Assembly: GCA_963790025.1 (NCBI GenBank)
Contig: CAWBMP010000004.1
Location: 992,001-1,056,000, forward strand
DNA: 64,000 nt
Direction of reading: 5' to 3'
DNA from: Nitrospirota bacterium
GTDB taxonomy: Bacteria; Nitrospirota; Thermodesulfovibrionia; Thermodesulfovibrionales; Dissulfurispiraceae
Position numbers and translations under genes: made by a program
The notes under the pieces: model-generated
Databases searched by the model: none
What the model was told of the DNA's origin: nothing
The model's input: only the letters and a program-made list of their open reading frames with translations
Shown: positions 19,360 through 27,107 of the stretch, piece by piece
How positions within the stretch are numbered: position 1 is the stretch's first letter
How the letters are laid out: every line of letters begins with the position of its first letter

Positions 19360-22300
19360 TCATTTATCATGAAACTGACCTGATGTCAAACACCCTGTTC
19401 CTGCACGCACCCGTTTGCCGGTGATTATCCTTGACGCATTGCTTTCAAGTGTATCTATCCTACCCTCAAATGCTGCATTAGCCAAAATCGTGGTTGTCCT
19501 CTGAAATGCTGCCGACGCAAGAAAACTTTTTGAGTACAGCGGTATCTGACTGATGCCGAGGAGCACGGGAGTCGCTGTCGGAGGCTTCAAGCCTCTTCGC
19601 CGGGTCCTGTCACACTCATCTTCAAATTCGCTCTTATGAATAATATCACCTGTCAGAAACCTTGCCCCCCGGCTGTCTGTAACTTTCACAAATCCGGTCA
19701 TCTGGCTAAGTATTATTTCAAAATGCTTGTCATGTATTACCACTCCCTGTTTGCGGTATATCTTCTGGGCTTCATCGAGTAAATATTTCCACACTGCTCC
19801 GCCACCTGCAGCATGCAACAGATCATGGGGGTTGACTGCACCGTCAATGTTACTGAGCTCCGCCGCTCTGCGCGGCCTTCTTGCTTCAAGAAGGTCAATA
19901 ACCTCCGGAAGCCCGCCGGTTATGTCCATGGGAGTGACAACTGCTCCACCGGTATGAAATGTTCGCAGGGTAAGCTGGGTCCCGGGCTCACCTATGGACT
20001 GAGCTGCGATAATACCCACCGCGTCCCCTGTCTCTGCGGGCCTGCGGCTGCCGACATTGAATCCGTAGCAGCGCGCACAAACGCCGCGTTGCGCCTTGCA
20101 GGTAAGCACAGACCGCACTTTGACCTTTTCTATTTTTGCCTTGCTGATTTTTGCCGCTGTCGCTTTATCCAAAACGGTGCCATACGATACGAGCACAGTG
20201 CAGGAGTCTATGTCCAGAACGTTATCTGCCAATGCCCTGCCGGTTATTCTCTCCTCCAGAGAAATTTCTACTGTACCGCCGTTCTTCAGCGGTCCAAGGT
20301 AAATGCCTTCGAGCGTCCCGCAATCATCCGTAGTTACGATGAGGTCACGCGCAGCACTCACCAGCCTTCTCGTAAAATAGCCCGCCGCCGGCGTCTTCAT
20401 GGGGCCATCCACCCTGCCCTTTCGCGCCCCGTGCGTGGAAAGAAAAAACTGGAATGCACTTAACCCTTCTCTGAAATTCGATGTAATCGGCATTTCTACA
20501 ATTTCACCCGTGGGCTTGGCCATCAAACCCCTCATGCCGTTTATTTGGCGTATCTGGTTGAAGTCGCCTCTCGCGCCAGAATCACACATCATAAAAAGGG
20601 CATTGGATTCTACATGCCGGTCTTCTTTTAATACGCGCATCGCTTCAGATGTTATCCTGTCGGTTGCTCTCGTCCATACGTCGATTTCCTTATTATGCCT
20701 TTCGTTGTCAGACATCAAACCGGTTTCATAATGGCTCCTCACCTCCGCTGCTTCCTCCTCTGCCTCAGCAACAATGGCCGCCTTTTCGGAAGGGACGAGC
20801 ATGTCATCAAGACAAAGCGATATGCCCGACAACGTCGCATATTTAAACCCAATGCCTTTTATCTCATCCAGAAACCTGATCGTCTCCCTGACGCCGCACT
20901 TTTCATAGCACAACTCGATTAAGCCGGCAAGTTCCTTTTTATTTAAGACTTTATTTATTACCGCGAAGGGTATACCTGCTGGAGTTATGGCATAGAACAG
21001 CACCCTTCCAGCCGTTGTTCTTACCAAGGCGCCATCTATTCTGACCTGAATGCTGGAATGTTCTTCTACAATATTGTTTGCATATGCAATACACACCTCG
21101 TCCACATCCGAGAAAAGCATTCCTTCCCCTTTTCCCCTTTTTCCCGATTTCCCATCGCTGGTCAAATAATAAATACCCAGGACAATGTCCTGAGACGGCA
21201 ATAAAGCAGGCCTGCCGTTGGCCGGATGGAATAAATTGTTAGTGGACATCATGAGGACCCTCGCCTCTATCTGTGCTTCAAGTGAGAGAGGCACATGCAC
21301 TGCAATGGTATCTCCGTCAAAATCGGCATTGAAGCCCGAACACACAAGAGGATGGAGCCTTATTGCAGCGCCTTCAACAAGGACAGGATCAAAGGCTTGC
21401 ATGCTTAATTTATGCAAAGTCGGCGCCCGGTTTATTATGACTGGATGCTCGGCAATTATATCATCGAGGGCGTCCCAGACTTCTGGTTTCTCTTTTTCAA
21501 AAAGCCGCTTTGCCTGTTTCAGCCTTGGGGCAAACCCATTTTTAATAAGCCACCGGTATATAAATGGCCTGAAAAGCTCAAGTGCCATTGCCTTCGGAAT
21601 GCCGACCTGATGGATTTTCAATTCCGGCCCTATAGTAATATGTGCCCTTCCGGAATAGTCGACCCTTTTGGCAAGAAGATTATGTCTGAATATTCCACTC
21701 TTAGAGCTTATCATCTCTGAGAGCGATTTAAGCGGCCTTTTTTGAGACCGGTTTTTGACGGCAACATTCCTGCCATTGTCGAGCAGGCTGTCAACTGCGG
21801 CCTGAAGAAGCCTTTTTGCATTCTGAAGTATTATTTCTGGAGCGCCGAGGTGAATAAGTCTTCGCAAGCTTTGATTTTTGTAAATGACCTTGCTATAAAG
21901 CAGATTAAGATCGGAGGCAACAGTAGTCCCGGCGTCAGGAAAAATTATGGGGCGCAGGTCAGGGGGCAATACAGGCAGCATGTCTAAAATCATCCACTCC
22001 GGTTTGTTTCCGGACTTCAGGAGTTTCTCGATCAAAGAGAGTCTGCTTCTTTTTCTCAGGGATAACGTGCCATTCTCTTTAAGTCCCTTCGGAATGGCAT
22101 CCAGGTCAAGGCCTGTAAGTAGTTTCCTGATCGCTTCCGCACCGGTTTCAACATGGAAATGATCGCATGAAGTCCGGTATTTTCTGTACTCTTCATGTGT
22201 AATTGTCTGGTTCTGTTTGAGACCGCTGTCGCCCGGATCAATTACAACATAAAATTCGTATTGCACGATTTTTTGGACCTGCCGGGGAGGCAGTCCCAGT

Positions 22301-22671
22301 ATCCTTGCAAGAACGCTTTTAGGCCCTTTGTAATACCAGATGTGCGCAACAGGCGCAGCGAGAGTTATGTGGCCGAGTCTTTTTCTTCTCTCTTCCGGTT
22401 CCAGCAGCCCCGTACCGCAAGTCTTACATGAGGCTGCTCCACCGTTATCTGTGCCACAAGAACATTTACCCTTTCTTACCGGGCCGAATATTCCTTCGCA
22501 GAATAACCCATTTTTTACCGGGCCGCCATTTTTTAAACTGAATGTTTCCGGCGAAGACACCTCGCCATAAGATAATAAACTCTTCCCGAGGGGACTTAAA
22601 AGACCGATTCTAAGAGAATCAAATGCCTGATTATCGATCATAGGTTGTTGGCTGCAGGGACATGCCTCCAT
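19360..22671 (-). CDS. rpoC: Orphan, shortened DNA-directed RNA polymerase beta' subunit paralogue (1103 aa)
   Basis: [70 protein letters not shown], RAGTG; no rpoB or ribosomal protein genes nearby. Confidence 0.95.
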   Translation of the reverse strand: [1103 protein letters not shown]

Positions 22672-22700
22672 TATTTTGTCGCAACAAGACGCTATAGTAA

Positions 22701-22710
22701 ATATTACTTT
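22701..22710 (-). promoter_or_regulatory. Shared island motif AAAGTAATAT upstream of the rpoC paralogue
   Basis: Exact match 29 nt before ATG 22671. Confidence 0.7.
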
Positions 22711-22773
22711 CTTAATTGATATTTACGGCATTTGTTTTACGATATGTATATCGATGATATTTTAGGAGGACAA

Positions 22774-23019
22774 ATGGTAACAACTACAATATCACCTAAA
22801 TATGAGGAAGAAGCACTTGTTGCAGCAGGTCTTATCAACAGGACATCGGTTATTAAGCTCACTGAAAGCATTGCTATCTTCGCAGCAGACCTGAGCCTGA
22901 AATGCGGGCTGCCGATGGCCGATGCTGTTGTATACGCCACTGCACGGGAGGAAGATTGCCAGGTAGTGACTGGTGATGCCCATTTTAAGGGGCTCGACAA
23001 AGTTGAGTTTATTTCATAA
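22774..23019 (+). pseudogene. Collapsed vapBC remnant (AbrB-type antitoxin start fused to VapC C-terminal half)
   Basis: AGGAGG RBS; MVTTTISPKY (AbrB-like start) joined to ...LPMADAVVYATA...VVTGDAHF (PIN C-terminus); PIN N-terminal acidic residue absent. Confidence 0.7.
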
Positions 23020-23122
23020 TTGGGGAGTGTACTAAGTACGTCCCTTAGTGTGGTGTCCCCGGCACTGTCCCACATGCTATTATATATAAACGGTATGGAA
23101 ATCGATTATTTGGAGGAAGCAC

Positions 23123-23833
23123 ATGAGAGTATTTGTCGTTGCAGTATTGGGCCTTATTCTTTTTGCCGGGCAGTCTTTCGCGGGAGATAATAAACAGATG
23201 AGTGAAAAGGAAAAACTGAGTTACAGCCTTGGATATGCACAGGGCAGCAACATGGCTGGTTTTTTCAAAACCCAGTCTGTTGACATAGATACAAATGTTT
23301 TTGTCGAGGCCTTCAAAGCCGGCCTTTCCGGAACCAAACCGCTTCTGACGGACCAGGAAATACATCAAACCCTGGCGGACTTTCAGAAAAGCATGGCGGC
23401 CAAACAGGGGAAAGTCATGCAGGAATCAGCTGAAGCTAATAAAAAAGCTGGGGAAACGTTTCTTGCTGAAAATAAGAAAAAGGCTGGTGTTATAACACTG
23501 CCAAGCGGCCTTCAATATATAGTCCTGAAGGAAGGCACAGGGGAAACTCCTAAAGCAACGGACAAGGTCACAGTCAATTATCGGGGGACCCTCATCGACG
23601 GGAGAGAATTTGACAGTTCCTACAAACGCGGAGAGCCCGCAGTGTTTCCTGTCAATAAAGTGATCCCTGGCTGGACCGAGGCGCTGCAATTAATGAGAGT
23701 TGGTTCGAAATGGAAGGTCTTTATACCCTCAAATCTAGCTTACGGCGAAAGGACCGCAGGCCAGATGATAACGCCCAACTCAACCCTTATCTTTGAGGTC
23801 GAGCTTCTTTCTATAGAATCAGATAAACAGTAA
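23123..23833 (+). CDS. FKBP-type peptidyl-prolyl cis-trans isomerase (Mip/FkpA-like)
   Basis: Signal peptide, SYSLG, LPSGLQY, YRGTLIDGREFDSS, VIPGWTEALQLM. Confidence 0.95.
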   Translation: MRVFVVAVLGLILFAGQSFAGDNKQMSEKEKLSYSLGYAQGSNMAGFFKTQSVDIDTNVFVEAFKAGLSGTKPLLTDQEIHQTLADFQKSMAAKQGKVMQESAEANKKAGETFLAENKKKAGVITLPSGLQYIVLKEGTGETPKATDKVTVNYRGTLIDGREFDSSYKRGEPAVFPVNKVIPGWTEALQLMRVGSKWKVFIPSNLAYGERTAGQMITPNSTLIFEVELLSIESDKQ

Positions 23834-23925
23834 GAACTGATAGTGAAGGGCCCACAAAAAAAGGGTACACATCCTTTATTTTCCGCAAATTAACATCCCT
23901 GCGAAAAAATGGGGACCTGTACCCA

Positions 23926-24188
23926 TCAATTATATTCTCTATACACTTCCTTGCGATGTATCACTGCGATAATGAAAAAAGTATTTTTGTCTGGCTTTAT
24001 CCAATATATTACTCTATAATAGTCAACCCTGAGTCTGAATTTTTTTTGAATTTTCCTTCTATAGGCTTGCAATCGGCTGATGGATCGCAAACCAACCTGC
24101 TTACGGCATTCAGTATGCTGATTGCATTTTGCTTATCGATTTTTTTTAGCTGTCTGTGGGTATTGGAGGTCAGGCCTATACTGTTCAC
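23926..24188 (-). pseudogene. RelE/StbE-family toxin with a single frameshift in an A8 tract
   Basis: GTG start...RQLKKID...KPIEGKFKK [A8, plus-strand T8 at 24040-24047] FRLRVDYYRVIY...IIAVIHRKEVYREYN*. Confidence 0.75.
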
Positions 24189-24536
24189 CTTTCCCGGTAA
24201 CTGCGAGTGTGGATGTCTAACGGTATAGTCCTGACCCCCAGTTTGCAGTTTGCAGTTTTCGGTATTCATAGCAACAATGTTTAAATGTTTACAGAGAGTG
24301 CGTGTTCCTGTCAACATCAAACGACACCCTAAGCTACTTCTTTGATAAGTAAATAATGATTAAATGTACTGGATTAGGTAATATAACGATGAAAGTATTA
24401 TGTATACTATGCCGGAAGATGTGCGGGCGGAATAAAAGGATAGGAGTAGTGTTCGAGACGTGACATGAATAGTGTGTTGAAGGTTTTGGTTTCGATGTTC
24501 CTGATGACAGGGTTGTGTGGGTGCGGTTGAGGTAAG

Positions 24537-25127
24537 ATGAAACAATTCATTCTCTCAACAATTGTGACAGTGGCGCTATGCGCTACGGCGTGCACGATTG
24601 CTGGAAGAGACTTTGTTAGAGCCGATTGGGAAAAACTAAATTATGGGGAGATGACACGCGAGCAAATAATTCAGGAATTTGGTGAGCCACTTCACGAAAC
24701 CCCACTTGAAATTAATAATTCTTCATGTACAGCTTTAGTTTATGATTTCGGCGGACCGACAGTAGGAACACGAACCCAGGTGTTTTACTTTTTCTCTAAT
24801 AGACTCATAGGGTATTTTTTTACCGGCGATCTTAAGGGCGCAGGTATTGACCCTGAGTCTTTTTCAAAAATCTCTCTTATACAAAAAGGGGTGACAAGAA
24901 TGGGCCAGGTCGATGCCCTTTTTGGAAAGGCACGTGGAATCTTTATATACCCGATGACGAAGAATAAAGAGGACAGGACTTTTGTTTATGCGTACTTGCA
25001 TGGGGGATTCAGTCGTCCAGATGAAAGAATGTTGATTATTAATTATGATACCCAAGGAATAGTGAAAGATTTTAAATATTCCATTATATTAGGCCTCAAG
25101 TCTTTCCTCGACTTTATAGTGATGTAA
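24537..25127 (+). CDS. Hypothetical lipoprotein with two BamE/SmpA-like repeats
   Basis: Lipobox-like ATAC; GEMTREQIIQEFGEP and KGVTRMGQVDALFGK repeats. Confidence 0.6.
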   Translation: MKQFILSTIVTVALCATACTIAGRDFVRADWEKLNYGEMTREQIIQEFGEPLHETPLEINNSSCTALVYDFGGPTVGTRTQVFYFFSNRLIGYFFTGDLKGAGIDPESFSKISLIQKGVTRMGQVDALFGKARGIFIYPMTKNKEDRTFVYAYLHGGFSRPDERMLIINYDTQGIVKDFKYSIILGLKSFLDFIVM

Positions 25128-25184
25128 TTCCTTTCGATGCGGCACTTATAACCTGAAGTGCCGCGCATTCTCTCCAGAAATTTT

Positions 25185-26825
25185 TTACTCTGTATATGGA
25201 TAATTATACTGTTGCAAATCCCTCGTGGGTTGATGAAACATTTCATTGTAAACCTGTTTAAACCTCGGATCATCTGACCCTATCTGTGTAACCACCGTAG
25301 CTCCGCAGCCTTTCGTGTGCGAAGCCCCGCCGCATGCCAGAGCCTGCCGGAGGTCAATTTTGCCGATGAACGTCCCATATTTGCAAGGAGTCGCGTCGAA
25401 CGCTGCATTCAACCATTGCGCATCAGTACGGCTGGCCACTATTGCGCCATCGCCGGTAGTGCTCGGCGTTGTGAGGTCATAAGACGAATCGAAAAATGGC
25501 GTTATATCTGCAGTAGTTTGGGTTGTTGGTGAAAACCCGGATGCTACGAGCCCGCCGACAGCACCGGCACTGCCTCCAATAAGCGCTCCCGTCCATACTG
25601 CATTAAGCCCAGCGGAAGAAGCTGCGCCAGCAGTGGCACCGGCCCCGCCCCCAGCGCCGGCACCCCCAGGTATAAGAGCACCAATTGCTGCACCACCAAC
25701 CGCCATAATAACAATACACGCAATAAACACAAACAGGCCCGTAAATCCCGACTGAGACTTCGACCACTGATACAACAATATCTCCGAATTATCAAAGTTC
25801 GCGCCCTGTCCAGTAACCTGAGTAAATCCAACCTGGTTCCCATCAACCCACGTCGGGTTATAAACAAAATCGGCATACGAACCACTATGTGCTTTCATTG
25901 CAACTGTCCAGTCCTGGCTAAGCCAGTACGACACAGTCACTTTCACTGTTTTCGTAAAAAAACCACCGTGTGATTCTTTTTTTATGTCCTGCCGTATCTT
26001 CGAATTAGCCACAAACGCCACAGCCGCCTTATGTGTCATCAATGCAAGCGCCACCAGATTGTACAGTCCTGCCTGCGTGATGTTATGGAAATCACCGTCT
26101 CCGTTGTCGAAATCCCTGAGCCCCCGGTGTGTGTAACACGGGTCGCTGTTGAACCGCTGGTGAAAGTAATAGTTGCTGTGATTGATCTTGTCCTGATCAG
26201 CGCCGAAGATAAAGTAAGGCTGCAACATCGTTCTGCCGAAGTCATACTCGGCAACATCGTGCATGATCCGGGTATTATCGACATTCGGCGGGTCGGATGT
26301 GGACAACTGGTGCTCCGTCGGATCGCACCCTGGTCCGGAATTATAATCCAGCCAAGCGAAATTATAATAATGCTTCCCCATGAAATGATGAAAATTGCCG
26401 GGTGTGATCTGCAGAAGATCCGCCCTGATGTTGGGACCTACCTGCGCCATACGCATCAGCGCGAGAGTCGCGGTATTTGTGGCTGGGTCATATTTAGCGA
26501 GGACCATAGGCGGCGGTGCGCTCGGCAGGACAATTGTATTTGATAGCTGATTGCTGGGAATATTGAGGTATACAGCGTCTTCCCTGCCTGCCATTCGGGC
26601 CCACGCATACTTCAACATCCCATGGGGCGCCGACGTGTCCGTAGGAAGCGGCGGCACTGGCCCCGGAGTGCCTTGATATATGCCGCCGGCATATGCGCTT
26701 GCTATTCCCACTTGCAGGCCCAGTTCTTTAGTCTCCTCATGCGGCATGAAGATCAGAAATGTCCACGTGAATAGTGTCACAAGGAATGCGCTGATTGTCT
26801 TATGAACCCATGTCTTTTGTGCCAT
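25185..26825 (-). CDS. Hypothetical exported/membrane protein with Gly/Ala-rich hydrophobic C-terminal region
   Basis: 546-aa ORF, N-terminal TM, C-terminal hydrophobic hairpin; preceded by the island motif. Confidence 0.75.
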   Translation of the reverse strand: MAQKTWVHKTISAFLVTLFTWTFLIFMPHEETKELGLQVGIASAYAGGIYQGTPGPVPPLPTDTSAPHGMLKYAWARMAGREDAVYLNIPSNQLSNTIVLPSAPPPMVLAKYDPATNTATLALMRMAQVGPNIRADLLQITPGNFHHFMGKHYYNFAWLDYNSGPGCDPTEHQLSTSDPPNVDNTRIMHDVAEYDFGRTMLQPYFIFGADQDKINHSNYYFHQRFNSDPCYTHRGLRDFDNGDGDFHNITQAGLYNLVALALMTHKAAVAFVANSKIRQDIKKESHGGFFTKTVKVTVSYWLSQDWTVAMKAHSGSYADFVYNPTWVDGNQVGFTQVTGQGANFDNSEILLYQWSKSQSGFTGLFVFIACIVIMAVGGAAIGALIPGGAGAGGGAGATAGAASSAGLNAVWTGALIGGSAGAVGGLVASGFSPTTQTTADITPFFDSSYDLTTPSTTGDGAIVASRTDAQWLNAAFDATPCKYGTFIGKIDLRQALACGGASHTKGCGATVVTQIGSDDPRFKQVYNEMFHQPTRDLQQYNYPYTE

Positions 26826-26902
26826 AAGAATCCTCTTTTTATTGTCCCGTCCCCTGTAGGGGGGTAAAAACCAGGGGACGGGAATGTTAGGCCTTCATCA
26901 GG

Positions 26903-26912
26903 ATATTACTTT
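26903..26912 (-). promoter_or_regulatory. Shared island motif AAAGTAATAT
   Basis: Exact match 77 nt before ATG 26825, followed by a 12-bp perfect stem (26845-26883). Confidence 0.7.
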
Positions 26913-27107
26913 TAAATTCTTCTCAGTGTACCCAGGAGATTATTTCTCCATTATGATTTATTGTTTCATTGTGCAATAGGAGGGACATCGATTACATAAA
27001 ATTCTTGACATTTTTATATAATCCTTCTTAATTTACCGTATGTGCTTTGATTATTCGGGGTGATTAGTTCCAGAACTCTGCGCACTACTATGCTTAAGGA
27101 GGTATGT

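Noticed and set aside
19360..22671. The housekeeping rpoC or a phage RNAP subunit
   Set aside because: No rpoB/ribosomal operon context and substitutions at invariant sites; yet colinear with cellular beta' and no phage genes nearby
24006..24015. Near match to the island motif (AGAGTAATAT)
   Set aside because: Lies inside the RelE-like coding sequence (RVIY codons)
8552..26172. 9/10 motif matches at about 8552 and 26163
   Set aside because: Inside CDSs and antisense to them; treated as chance
26845..26883. 12-bp perfect stem as a terminator
   Set aside because: No U-tract follows in either direction; more likely a 5' UTR structure
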